A stretch of DNA of 64,000 nucleotides from the human T2T-CHM13v2.0 reference genome, Homo sapiens (GCF_009914755.1 NC_060929.1); one strand, 5' to 3'; positions 39,902 through 54,562 are shown, counted from the first letter of the stretch. Notes: a model not told the origin generated them from the letters alone. Program-made: numbers and translations.

Positions 39902-42239
39902 AAATGGGCAGTATCTACTATACCTCAGTCCCACAAGGTGTCTTTTGAATAGCATTGTCCTGATTTTGTATTTTTTATTTGTTTATGCTTCTAGGTAAGA
40001 CTGTGTTTGAAGAGATGGTTTAAAGGCTATAAAAAAATGGAAAACTCTTGCTCTAAGATATTAATACAAATGGAACATCACAAGTGCATTCAAGTGTTTC
40101 TTATTCTGCATTGTACAAAAATTATTTCTGAACATTGGCCTGCTTTTCTTTTTTATTGTATGCCTTATCTTTCCTTTTCAATTATTCATAGTCTCCTAAG
40201 GACCACTTTCACTACAAAATAGTATCTATGGGAGGTAAAAACAGCAAGAAATGTATTTCTGAATGGATTACAGGGAACGGTCTATTTAGAAATTTAAATG
40301 TATGTGGTCAACATAGAAGAAGATATATACACCTACTCAATAACTCTTTTAACCAACAGTGTTCTGGTTATGGCCTGTTTTAACCTTCTGATTTTCTTTC
40401 TGGGAAGTATGTATATATTTCTTTTATTTTCTATGTCCAATTTACTTTTATGCTATGAAATTTGGCATGAACTCAAGGGATTTGGGGCTATGTTTTTCTT
40501 TTTAATTATATTTAGCAATGTTTTCAGTTGATTTAGAATGCGTATAGCCTCTATTTACTTTCTGACCATCCATTAAAAGAATGTATTGCTGCTTGCTCTT
40601 TCTTTCTAATCTGTAAAACATTTTAGAATTTTTGCAGATCTTTACCCACCCTTCCTTACAACAAAATTCTGCCCTCATTTATATTTTTATAACCTACTTT
40701 TTCAAAGTTGTGTCAATTTCATTTGTAAATTATTTCAAACATACAAAGAAATAAAATAATATAACAGAAACTCATGTATCCAACACTTTGAGTATGGGTT
40801 AGCCATATATCAGGCTGATTTTCCTTCCTGATATTTCTATGCACTTAATTCAAGTAATCTTCTCCCATCACAGTGTTCAAATGTTATAGAGAATCATTTT
40901 ATAATAAAAATTTAATTGTTTTAAAAAATATGAGGTTAGATTCCATCTCTCTTCCAAAAAGGAAATGTGATTTTTTTAAGAAAAGGTGCTGAAAAGAAAC
41001 AACAGAGAACATTCTACTCTCAGCCCCTTTAGTGTAATGTTACTTACACAAAATATAGCCTATAAACAAATATCTAGCATATATATGAAAATAGCCAATA
41101 TTTTGCTTGTCTGCTTTGTTTGTTTTTTTTTTTTTTCCTAAAACCTCATTTAAAATAGCAGGGACTCTTTCAATAAATATGAAGCAGGTCTAAGTAAAAT
41201 AAAATGGGTGTGGCTAGAACTGAAAAAAATGTAGACTGTGTGTGGCTTAAATATCATATTCGAATGGAAGAAGTACCTGAATCTCAGTAAGAGATATCCC
41301 CCAGCCCCATGATGTAAATTAGGTGACTGAAGGAAACTGTAGTACTTCTAAGGGTGAATTTTATTCTTAAAAATTAACAGAACCGTTCAGAGAACAACAC
41401 AAGTATAAGGAAATCAGGGACTACTATTCGGTTCAGCAGAATGTATGTATGGATGTTATAGGTTTCAGGATTATTCAGGAAAACTAAAGGTAAATTATAG
41501 GTCACTGATAAGTTTTTGAGGCATATCAAATAATGATGCTTGGGTCAGCACTGACAATATCCCTGAAAGATTTCCTTTATTCTGAGCAGATGAAGCCTTA
41601 AAATGAAAAAAGAAGGGTTATGTCGTTTTCTGCAGACATTTGCTTCATCTCTTGATATACACAGCACCTAAGAGAGGTGCAAAAAAAGACTGGAAACATT
41701 TTCGAGGAGCAAGATGTTGGGAAAACCAAAAATAAAATAAGGATATTTCTAAATAAGATGGGTATTTATCTCATAAATATTGCTTCTGCAGATATGCAAG
41801 TGCCTAGCTATGCAATCACAAACTATTCACTCTGTGTCTCCTCATTTTTAAAGTAGCCTACATCAAAAATTTGTTCTAGAGAGTCAGTAGGTTATGAATA
41901 TTAAGATTTTGAGTAATGATTGGCCTTTAGAAATTATTCAATAAATATTATCTGTTACTATGATTCAACAAAGAAGGAAGGCATAATCAGGCTGCAGTGG
42001 AGATGTTGCTAGAACTCTCAAAAAAGGAAAGTATTTCCTTGGGTTTGTTTCATTTTCTTTGATTGTCTTCTTTTACTGGAGAAATGCCTTCCCCTTTCTC
42101 CCACTTTCTTGTTTTTTTAATTCTGTACTTGCTTCATATTTTTCTCTGTACATTTGCTTTTCTGTTTACTTTCAGTTCTTTCCCAGAATATCACCCTTCC
42201 TATGACTATGGCTTAATCTATTGTAGACAAAATGCCTGT

Positions 42240-42415
42240 AGCCAAGGCTCTCACACGTTGGGGTGCCTAAGTATAATATTGAAACTTGTTACAGTGCAAA
42301 ATTATAGCCCAAACTCCAAGAGATTTTGATTTAATAAATCTGAGTTAAATTATAGAAATGCACAATCTTATCAAGCTCTCAAAGTGATTTTAACGCCCAT
42401 AGCCTGTGAGAAACA
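42240..42415. mobile_element. MER5B-like relic
   Basis: gaaacttgttacagtgcaaa...ccaagagattttgatttaataaatctg. Confidence 0.5.
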
Positions 42416-44735
42416 TCAGATGACAAGACCTCTAACTCAGTACAAATTATTTAAAAAGAAAATCTGCTTGACTGATCCAAGCCTATGGATGAATTTCCTT
42501 TAAACCGTTTACTACATGATTTAAATCTTTATGATCAAATTAAAGGTGGATAATTGTACTAGAACATTGTTTGAATATGCGTGTCAACCCAATTCCATCA
42601 CTTTGCCTTGCACACTAAGTTCTAATTATATATAATACATGATAAACTAATCACAGTAAAACATCAAATGCAAAGACTCTCCTTTAAAAAAGAGACAAAT
42701 AAAAATATAGCTATGTCTACTGGCTGGATCTAAATGCAATGTTTTGGAGAAGAGGCCACAAACTCTCCTTCATATTCTTGTGTTCAGCCATGGTCTTGTC
42801 AGGGTGTGGGCTCAGTATAGTCACACTATTCACACTATTATGCAGAATTTAAACAGGAACATAAACATAAGGAAAATCCATATGCTTCAAGTAAAACCTC
42901 CACTTAGACAAAAGGATAAAGAATAAGACATGAGGCTTTCTTGCTAGGATGTTTTCCTGTCTTCTGACTTTTTTTGTATGCCATGTGGGAACAACCAGTT
43001 TATTTCCAGCACTAGGAAAGCTCCACATTTTTCCATCCCTTAGCGGCCATGATCTATGTGCCTGGTTTCTTAGCATTCAAATAAGAATCACTTTCTTAGC
43101 CCCATCTTTGATTCAGATGCTATGTTTTTATATCCTGCCTCAGAATTGTACCTTTTCTCTCACGAAGACAGCTAAAACATCTATGAATTAAGAAGCTGCT
43201 GCTGCCCACAGAATTGTTATCTAGCTTTTGGCCCTGGGTAAGACCATTATGATACATTAAATCAATTCCAGGAAATACTTGAATAATCTAGATTTCAAGC
43301 CAAAGAGCTCTCTGGATATTGGCCATGTGTCAGGACTTTCTTGTTCTGCAAAGAGACAGGATTGATAAACTGCCACAAGTGGTTCTAAGCTTAGAACTGA
43401 GAGACTCTGACCACACGGACACCATCACCAGGGAGAACAGACGCATATGGAAACAAGGAAAGGAAAGAGGTGCAAACTGTTTTTAGAAGAATCTTATGAC
43501 ATTTTGTGTCTGAAACAGATATGCAGGCTATGTTTTAATATTTAAAGAGTAAACAAAGTAAAAACCTTGCTCTCAGTGTTTAATAGTGCAAGAAAATGCA
43601 CAATTAGATATTGACATTGTCAATCATTACCACTTCCAAAAGGAATATACAATAAGAAATCAATAAATGCTCTTCTTTGAAAAATTTTCTTTGTTTTTTT
43701 CAAGGAATCTAGTTGTGAGACAAAATATTTTTGCATATTCTCTGTTTGCCCCAAATTACTGAGATAAAGGAATAAAGAAAGAGAGGAAGACGTGGGAAGA
43801 AGGAAAAAGGGGAGAGATTTGAAGGAGGGAAGGAAGGAAGGGAGGAAGGGAGAGACAAACATGAAAAATTCTTAAAACCACATTTACAGAGCATAAAAAC
43901 CTGTGGGGGTAAAACATAAAAAAAAGCTTGAGATTATTTTAAATGAAGAACTTTTGTAGGAAGGACTTTTTACCAGTCTTTCTTAGTGTACTAAAATTCA
44001 CCTCATTATTCTTTTTATAATAAACATTAAGCCTAGTTTTAAAAAAAAAGTCAGTTCTCAATGAAAGTTGCTAAAATCAATTGGCAAATAAGATGAAACA
44101 GAAAAAAAAATTAGCCTGATGAATGACCAAAAAAGCAAGCTTCTATTATAGAAACAAAGTGGACAATACTAGTCGCCCTTGTTACAATCTCATTTGTTTG
44201 TCAATAATCCATAGTTAATCAACAAACCACGTGCCTTAGAAAAAAAAACCGGTTAAACTGTACATTTGAAGACAAAACTGGAGACAATACTTAGCTTGTT
44301 CGGTTACAAAATTAAAGAAGCAAATTCATTTACTCTTCTCAGAAAGAAGAACTGTTTTATATGATAAGGTGAGTCAGAGAAGTTCCAGAAGCCCCTGTTT
44401 TTAAAGTCTACTTTCTTGTATCTCTTTCAAATAGGATCTTCTTCTTTCCATAGGGTCTAAATAAATCAATTCTAATAACACATTCAGAGTAGATTTTCAT
44501 TGTTTTGCGGTCGTTGATTATTATTTTATAACTTTCTCTGTAATGGTTGCAGCTCATTATATTGGTTGCAGCCAATAGAATGTATTATATGCGATTACAC
44601 GCACAAAAACACACATACACATACACATGCACGTATACCACACACAGTCATGTCCTTGACCTCACTGTTCTGCCCAGCTACCACGATCTTCCTCAGCTTC
44701 TCTTTAAAGCAAAAATGCCACAAAGAGATATCTTT

Positions 44736-45038
<303 letters not shown>

Positions 45039-45437
45039 TCAATGTATTTCTTTTCATTCCTGCAATTCTCTGTTGAGTATAGAAATTAGCCGTTAACTGT
45101 CACACAAGATTAAAACTTGTATTATAGAGGTTATTGATGACAATACCAAATATATAAATGTCAATTTGCAGTATTCATCTCTTTTAGCCTACCTGAACTT
45201 GACACACTGACCACTGATTTACCTTAGGATGCGTATTTTTCCAGGATGCTAAAATAGTAATCTCTTTGGTTCTTATACTGTTTTGGACAGTCCCTCTCAC
45301 ACACCTTCATGAGATTTGCTTCATTTTTCCAATTTCTTAATTTTGGAGTGCCCTAGGAGTCACTTCTTAGAACTCTTGTTTCTGTCTGTACCCACCTCCA
45401 AATTTGTCTTCTTCAGTCCTGTGGCTTTAAATATGAT

Positions 45438-46308
45438 TGTATTACCTTTCTGAGAGTGCTTTAACAAATTACCACAAAAATGAGCAGCTTAAAGCAATAG
45501 AAATGTGTTTTCTTATAGTTCTGGAACCCTTTTTCATAAATTTGAAGGCTGAGGCGGGAGTTGGGAGGGCTCCACGCCATCTGCATACCCGAAAGGAGAA
45601 TCCATTTCTTGTCTCTTCTAGCTTCTGCCAACTGTCTTCATTCCTCAACTTGTGGCCTTGGGCTACATGACTGCAACTCCCTGACTCTGTAGTCACATCG
45701 CCTAGTCCCATCATCTCTTTCTTTGTGTGTCTGTTTTCTTCTGTGTGTCTCTTAGAAGAACAATTGTCATTGAATTTTGGGATTACCTCAATAATTGTAA
45801 TAATCCACTTGAGCTGCTACAGCAAAATGCCATAAACTAGGTGGCTTATAAACAACAGAAATGTATTTTTCACAATTCTGGAGACTGGGAAGTCCAAGAT
45901 CAGGGTGCCAGAATGGTCAAGTTTTGATGAGGGCCTTCTTCTGGGTCAAAGACCAGAAACTTCTCAGTGTGTCCTCACATGGTAGAAGGGGCAAACCAGT
46001 TTCCTCTAGCCTCTTTGATAAAAGCACTAATCCCATTTTGGATTAAATGGGTTCTGCCATCTAATCTAATAACTGCCCAAGGGACCCACCTCTTAATACC
46101 ACTACCTTGTGGGTTAAGTTTTAACATATAAATTTTGAGGAGACACAAATATTCAGACCATGACAATAACCTATGGTGATCATCTCTTTATCTCAAGATT
46201 CTAAACTTAATTACATCTGCAAGGACCCTTTTTCCAAGTAAGGTAACATTCAGTTTCCAGGGATTTCATGTGAATATCTTCTGGGGGATCTTTTTTTGTC
46301 TGCCCCAG
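45438..46308 (-). mobile_element. MLT1C-like LTR split by an MLT1A LTR
   Basis: taacaaattaccacaaa...ggagaatccatttcttgtctcttctagcttctg; resumes with cttaattacatctgcaaggaccc. Confidence 0.85.
45796..46165 (-). mobile_element. MLT1A-like solo LTR nested in MLT1C
   Basis: TG...CA termini; TSD ataat/ataac at 45791-45795 and 46166-46170. Confidence 0.88.
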
Positions 46309-46454
46309 CGATCTATAAGCCAATAACTCCAACATGTAATTCTCTAATACACAGATCTCCTATGGCATTCCGATTCTGTTTTCATATATTTGTCTGACAT
46401 CTCCCTTTGTGAAATTCACAGATAGCTCAAGAAAACAAAAAAAAGTACTACCCA

Positions 46455-46845
46455 GTTTCGTTAGTCAGAATTCAACAGGAGAAGAAGAAATAAAAATATA
46501 TGAATTACAGATATATTGAAGGTACTGGCTCTCATGATTTTGGGGACTGGCTAGTTAATTTCCAAATATCAGAGAAAGCTGGAAAAGTAGGTTGGAATTC
46601 CAGAGCCTGAGCTGAAGTGGTTGTCCACAGATAGAATTTCTTTGAACTCAGGAAAGATTTAGTTCTGCTTTTTTAAGACCTTACAAATAATAGATTCAGG
46701 CTCACCCAGTTTATCTAGGATATTTTCCCTTCCTTAAAGTCAACTGATTGTGGACGTCAATCACATCACATCTAATTAGTGTTTACTTGAATAACTGGTG
46801 ATAGTAGCCTAGTTCAGTCAACTTATCAAAGAAACTATCTTATCA
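46455..46845 (-). mobile_element. MLT2D-like LTR
   Basis: ccttaaagtcaactgattgtggacgtcaatcacatc...tagtgtttacttgaataactgg...tagcctag. Confidence 0.8.
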
Positions 46846-46849
46846 CCAC

Positions 46850-47153
46850 TCAATTTGTTTATTACTAAGTCTACCCAAACTCATTGTTTTAGAGCTCTAT
46901 TTTTTCCTCTCTGTTAGGCCAAATAAGCATGGTGTTATGCTTGACACTTGTCTTTCCCTCACATCCCACACCCAAATAATCAGCAAATCCAATGCATATT
47001 CAGAAATGTTCAATTTCTCAGTAACTCCATCAGTACCTCTTTAGTTCAGAATGACATGATTGCTCCCGTGAATTATTTCTGTGCCTTTTAAAGTGATCTA
47101 CATACTCTGGCAAATTATACTGTACTCAGCAGCTACTGTGATTCCTTCTAGTG

Positions 47154-47215
<62 letters not shown>

Positions 47216-47560
47216 TTTGCTTTTTTTTTCTTTTTGCTCAAAAACTCCCAAGAAGGTTCTATTTTGGTCAAAACAAGACCTCTGGCCAAAATGCTTGTTG
47301 CTCTTCCCCTTCCCACAAACTAAATACCTCCAAACCAACTAAATCTGGACCATATCCTGTTCATGCCTCTGTATTAATCTCTTACCTTGTACTTTTAAAT
47401 TTTAGTATAAACAATTATTCACAGCATTTTATATAGGAATTGCCTGGTCTATATCTCCGAAATCTAGCATATTATGATATGAGCTGGGTCATTGACAGTT
47501 TTCATCCCAGTTACATCTTTAATGCTTAGAAAAGTATTTGTTCAAAATAAATACTTGTCA
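46850..47560 (+). mobile_element. L2 fragments (probably the same L2 as ~45330-45435 and 46310-46430)
   Basis: cttgacacttgtctttccctcacatcccacacccaaataatcagcaaatcc motif. Confidence 0.6.
47153..47235. repeat. (TA)n abutting poly-T
   Basis: Seen directly. Confidence 0.96.
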
Positions 47561-48229
47561 AAAGAATATAATAATTAACATCCTACAAGATCATATGAAA
47601 TGAAATATAATTCCAGAGGTACACTCTTAAACTAAATTTAGCCTGGTCTACTTTCACATTAACGCACTATACTAAAAGTGCTTTATTTCCCATATAAAAC
47701 TACAAGCTTTTTATCACTGAGTTTCAATGGCTACAATTCTCTTATTTTTTAGAAAATATAATAGCATTAGTATTTTATCAGTATTTCGTATGGATAAATG
47801 GTACATTCTACTTATTGTATGCTTTGTAGATAAAATTTATAGTACCATAAAATAAAGTGTTATAAGCAGTCTTTGGCTACATTTAAAATGTTAAGAAGTG
47901 TTTTTGATTTTTCATCTGCATTTTCAAATAAACCCCACCATGATAGATTAAATTTCTCTTTGAATTGATGAGACATTTTGATATCCACAGGGACTCCACG
48001 CATTATTGACTTTTTAATACTAGTTGTGCATTATGCTGTGCACCTAAGGCATTTTGAAATGAGAAATTAAAAGTAGTCAATAAGTAATCTCTATAACATT
48101 TAATATAATCTTTAAGTGAAAAATATGGTGCTACCCGTTATTCTTTAAAAATAACTTGATGAACAGTACCTAAACCTCATTCATCTGTTTGTCAAATAGT
48201 CACTGACATTCTACATAACATTCTGTTCA

Positions 48230-48760
48230 TGGACAGCCCTGTCTTCCTGCTCCATGGATTAAGACAGGTAAAACGAATGAAGTAAGCACTGCGGTGAATG
48301 CCAAATAATGTGTTAAGGTTAAAAAATAGAAATGATAAGAGAGATAAACTGTGCAAGGTAGACTGTTAGTTTTTATAAAGTGATCAAGGAAGATCTTTCA
48401 AATATAGTGTTATGTGACCAGGAACCTGGAAGAACTGATCTATTGAACCATCTCGTATTTGGAGTCAGGAAGAGCAAGAAGATTGAGGATATTCAAGAAC
48501 AATAGCAGGAAATGCAGTTAGAGAGGTGGAGGGAGGAAAACTCAGTCATGCAGTGTCTTCAAAACTATATTAAAGACTTGATTTTGATTTTGGAGAGTTA
48601 CAAAAAGCTACTGGATGGTTCTGAAAGCTAAATGTTATGATTTATCTTATATTTTGAAAAGATAACTAGCAGCTGAGAGATAGGGGTAGAATAACAAGTT
48701 CAGAAGCAGGGAGACCCGATAGGTAATCAGGACAGAGAAGGCTAACAGGGTGTGGTTTTG
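48230..48760 (-). mobile_element. L2 fragment
   Basis: gtgatcaaggaagatctttc, taaagacttgatttt and attttgaaaagataact. Confidence 0.65.
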
Positions 48761-49789
48761 ACAGGAATCATTTGTATGGGACTGATATTAGTATATTACT
48801 TCATGTTATTGTACTGACGGTGCATAACACATTGGACATTTTATTTTCTGTAACTTGTGATTTTAAAATATCAGTATACTGATTCCTGGGCCAATGATTA
48901 TTTAATCACAATAAAAAATACTGCAACATTTATTATCCACCCACGTTGATGTGCTTCATAAACCTTCTTCTCTGTGTGCATATATTAGTAGTTTAATAAT
49001 TCAGAATACTAGGTATGATATGCAATCAAAAATAATTTGAAATAGTACTTTCCATGAAAACAGAATATCAGCTTTATTATGATAGACTGCTTGGTACAGA
49101 GTGAAATCACATTGCCACTGGATTTGATGTTATGAATTTTTTTCATTATAATTTAAATCGGTGCATCCAAATAATTAGAATGGCCATTGGAGTAATTGAT
49201 AAATGAGTGAAATTCTCCATCATCACCAAATTTCCTCATTATGCTTAAGTACTTTAGGGATCTCTGAGCAGTGTACATTCCTTTGTACTCATAACTTAAT
49301 TGCCTTCTTTAAAGGTTGACTTCAGTTTCAAAAAGTACTAGTAGTAAATGAAAGAAATATAAGATTAGTCTCATCCTTCTGGTATGTGAGATATTCCTTG
49401 AAAATATATGTTTACAAGTTGCTTTGAAATATTTGAGTTAACAGAACATCATTAACAATAACCGCATAGGGGTATAAATGTTACCTCTATGGCCTGAGAC
49501 AATTAAGCTACCTCTTAAGCTTTAACCTTTCTAATGGGAAGTGACTCATAACTAGAAAAAAATATTGCAACTGCAAGAAAGTACTCTATAAAAGAAATTT
49601 AAAATTAATGGGATCTACATGCTAGTTTTACTTTTTCTTACACATTATTGGTAAGGATAAATTTAAGATTCTGATAGGCTAATACTCTTACTGATCATAA
49701 TAATTATACCAATTATTATGTTTATTAAGAATTTATTACTAGATATGATTATAAGTAATACACACATCTACATGCGCCTGTGCACACAT

Positions 49790-49960
49790 TCATAAAATCC
49801 TGTTAAATTCTCATAATAAGAATTGAATTAGGCCCTATATTATATTTATTTTAAGATGAGGAAAATAGTTCAGTCCTGTGATCTGACAGAGACCATAAAT
49901 TCAATAAGTGGCAGCTCTGGACCTCGGTCCACCTCATCTAACTCAAAAATGCTGTTTCTG
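49790..49960 (-). mobile_element. MIR fragment
   Basis: attttaagatgaggaaaa...taagtggcagctctggac...ctaactcaaaa. Confidence 0.65.
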
Positions 49961-51370
49961 AGTATAGTTTAAAATGTATTAGATAAAAATTAGAAAGATA
50001 TTTATGAACATTTTTTTCTTTTTCTAACAGCAAGCACTTAGTTGATGACCTAACTGAAGATATAAACTATTAACTTTTTTAAAAGTAATAAAACGTTACC
50101 CTTTTACAAGCTGTAGTGAAAGATCTTATTCATAATGACTTATCTATGCGGGACATAGAGATAAGGGTAAGAAGGGAAAGTAGTGTTTTCTCAAAACCGT
50201 CTCTATTAAGATTTTTCTCTGAATAAGCTGTTATATTTCCTAGAATTACTTGATGCAAGTGAAAGTAATTAGTAAAATGGATTAACATGTGCACAGTGAT
50301 ATATAACTACTGGGTTTATTTTGTTGCCAATAATTTTTGCTTTACAAAGTCACCTGACTTCAAGACATACTAGATCATTTACTTACAAACTTTTATATCC
50401 AAAGCTCTATGGAGCAGCATATAAGAAGCCCAATTGCTTAGATATAGAGATAGTACATAAAAAAGAGTGAGTGAAATATAAAACGATGTGTACTGCCTTA
50501 TGAAGATTTGGATTATGATCATAGATTTTTTTCCATATTTTGTTTTTTTCCATATTTTTTCCATATTTTGGTTATCAAAGAAATTTTTTTTTGTCCAGAT
50601 ACCTAAGCAAGAGGACCATTATCCTACTTTTGGACCACTGGGAAAATTTCAGATTTCAAACTCTCAATAACAACAGTCATTGGAACTTGGCACATTTGAC
50701 ATATCTGATTGATACTTTAACTAGATAAGAAGTTTAATTATAAGAAAGGCAACTATCTACAGTCTCACACTAAACATTTGGATCAGTCAATGTGTCTGAA
50801 ATATCTCTTTTTATTTGAACATCAAGTTATCAAACATTTTTAAATGTAATTTCAGAAAACGAATCAAATTTTACACTGACTTTATTAATGCAGCTGTGTT
50901 TTCTTAATATGATGACTAAAACATTCTTTGGATTTTTGGGGAGGAGGGGAATCTGTTTCAGTTGATTTTGGTTTTCTCAGAGAATTCCTACTAGTTGTAA
51001 GTGGAACAATTTGAGCATTAAAATAAAATAATGCATTACAAATAAAAAATCTTTAATTAAAAAACAGATGCAAAAAGTCTTTAAAGATTGCTGGAAGACC
51101 ATTTTCTGAAATGGGTAAGTATAAGTAAAGAGAAGGAGTTTATTGTGTACATGCCTCTCTTCAACTGACTGTACTTAATGCTATGACAACATTGATGAAG
51201 CATAGTTGTTTTATATTTAAAAGAAGAATGGTTAATGATAGATTCAAGAAAATTGATTAGAAAGTCATTATTTTATAATCCTTCATTAAAACACATGGAA
51301 ATAGGCAGTGGTCATCAGCAGTTATCAAATAATCTGGTGAAATGATGAACTGAACATTTTAAAAATGGAT

Positions 51371-53447
51371 CAATCCACCCCCATGATCCAATCATCTCCC
51401 ACCAGGTACCTCCCTCAACGCTGGGAACTAAAATTCAACATGAGACTTAGGTGGGTGCACAGAGCCAAACCATATCATTCCACCTCTGGGCCCTCCCAAA
51501 TCTCATGTCCTTCTCACATTTGAAAACATAATCATGCCTTCCCAACAGTCCCCCAAGTCATTACAGCATTAACCCAAAAATCCAAGTTCAAAGTCTCATC
51601 TGAGACAAGGCAAGTCCCTTCCACCTATGAGCCTGTAAAATCAAAAGCAAGTTAGTGACTTTCTAGATACAATGGAGGTACAGGCATTGGGTAAATGCAC
51701 TTGTTCCAAGTGGGAGAAATTGGCCAAATCAAAGGGGCAACAGGCCCCATGCAAGTTCAAAATCCGATAGGGCCGTCATTAAACCTTAAAGTTGCAAAAT
51801 GATCTCCTTTGACTCTATGTCTCACATCCAGGTCAAGCTGATGCAAGAAGTGGGCTCCCATGGCCTTGGGCAGCTCTGCCCCTGTGGTTCTACAGGGTAT
51901 ATCCCCTGTGTCTGTGTTCAAGGCCTGGTGTTGAGTGCCTGCAGCTTTTCCAGGTACATGGTGCAGTCTGTCGGTGGAACTACCATTCTGGAGAAAGATG
52001 GCCCTCTTCTCACAGCTCCACTAGGCAGTGCCCCAGTGGGAACTCTGTATGGGGGTTTCAATCCCACAGTTCCCTTCTGTGCTGCCCTAGTAAAGTTTCT
52101 CCATGAGCATTCTGCCCCTGCAGCAGACTGCCTCAACATCTAGGCATTTGCATACATCCTCTGAAATCTAGGTGGAGGCTTCCAAGTGCCTACTTTTGCC
52201 TTCTGTGCAAGAGCAGGCTCAACACCACATACAAGTTACCAAGGCTTAGGGCTTGCACCTGCTGAAACAACAGCCTGAGCTGTGCTTTGGCCCCGGTAGC
52301 CACAGTTGGAGCTGGAGTGGCTGTGACACAGGGTGCCATGTCACGAGGTTGCACAGAGCAACAGGACCTTGGGTTAACCCCACAAAACCAGTTTTTTCCT
52401 CCTAGGCCTCCAGGACTGTGATGAGAGGGGCTGCCTTGAAGGTCTCTGGCATTCCCTAAAGACATTTTCCCCATTGTCTTGGCTTTTAACATTTGGCTTC
52501 TCTTTACTAAGCAAATTTCTGCAGCTAGCTTGAATTTCTACCCAGAAAATGGGCTTTTCTTTTCTCCCACGTGGTCAGGCTACAACTTTCCCAAACTTTT
52601 ATGCTCTGATTCCCTTTTAAACATAAGTTGCAATTTCAGACCATCTCTTTGTGAACACATATGCTGTTAGGAGCAGTCAGGCTATCTCTTGAATGCTTTG
52701 CTGCTTAGAAATTTCTTCTGCCAGATACCCTAAGTCATCTATCTCAGATTCAAAGTTCCACATATGCCTAAGGCAGGGTTGCAATGCTGTCAGTCTCCTT
52801 GTGAAAGCATAGCAAGAGTGACCTTTGTTCCGGTTCCCAATAAGTTCCTTGTCTCCATCTGAGCTCACCTCAGCCTGGACTTCACTGCCCATGTCACTGT
52901 CAGCATTTTGGTCACAACAATTCAACAGGTCTCCAGGGAGTTCCAAACTTTTCCTCATCTTCCTGTCTTCTTCTGAGCCCTCCACACTGTTCCACCCTCT
53001 GACTATTACCTAGATCCAAAGTTAGTTCCACATTTTCAGGTATCTTTAAAGCAATACCCAGCTCTCGATACCAATTTTCTTACACTACTATGAAGAACTA
53101 CCAGAGACTGGATAATTTATGAAGAAAAGAGGTTTAATTGACTCACAGTTGCACAGTCTGGTACACGAAGCATAGCCAGAAGCCTCAGGAAACTTACAAT
53201 CATGGCAGAAGGCAAAGGGAAAGCAAACACCTTCTTCACATGTTGGCAGGAGACAGAAAGAGCAAGAGGGAAGTGCCACACACTTTTAAACCATCAGATC
53301 TTGCGAGAACTCACTCACTATCATGAGAACAGCATGGGGCAAATCTACCCCCATGATCCAATCACTTTCCACCAGGTCAGTGCCCCAACTTTGGGAATTA
53401 CGATTCAACATGAGATTGGGGTAGAGGCACAGAGCCAAACCATATCA
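51371..53447 (-). mobile_element. MSTA (MaLR) provirus remnant: 5' LTR ~53080-53447, internal 51478-53079, truncated 3' LTR 51371-51477
   Basis: Both LTRs end cacagagccaaaccatatca; internal ORF remnant EGSEEDRKMRKSLELP...LGYLAEEISKQQSIQE is the typical MaLR internal ORF. Confidence 0.95.
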
Positions 53448-53647
53448 TAGCATTAAACACAAATGGTCATGCAGTACCCATATTTGAATTTTGATCTCTG
53501 TAAGTCCATTACATGTAATTAATGGAATTCTGGCAAATTTTAATTTACTACTTGGATATTCTAAATTAATCAATTCAGAATATAATCTAAAGAGGGATAC
53601 ATAGTAACAAAAACTTCATCAGATATTTTAAATGTAAAACTAAATTA

Positions 53648-54092
<445 letters not shown>

Positions 54093-54562
54093 TTATACTT
54101 CTTTAATTTAGGTTCTTAGCGTAAAATCTATATTTTAATACTATTTGTACAGCTAAATAATTCAATGTCAAAGTAAAAGACTATTTTTGAAGTTGTCTAT
54201 GAGCTTATTGTTTCCTGTAAAGGTTCCCGTACCATGAGAGGGAGATATCCAGGTTTTGATGCAGTACTTTTGTGCTCCTTTTTGTTTTTCCACCTCCTTA
54301 TCCTGGCAGGATTCTTATATAACATTTGCTATCATCTATACAGAAAAGCTACGTGATGGTCCACACATCTCCAGGATGAGGTTCCTCACACGGCAAGCTT
54401 AGTAGTCATATCAGGGCAATTATCTTAACAATTGCTGAATGACACTAATGAACCAGGCTCATCAGGTGCAGAGCAAGATTTGAAACTTATAATATTGAAA
54501 ACAAACAGGAAGTAAAATCTTTAGAAGTAGGCAGTCTATGTGCATTTTCTAAACTTTAGTAG

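Noticed and set aside
43775-43860. Purine-rich GA/AAGG tract
   Set aside because: Short, imperfect and common low-complexity sequence
50529-50570. Three copies of ttttttccatatttt
   Set aside because: Low-complexity slippage repeat with no further structure
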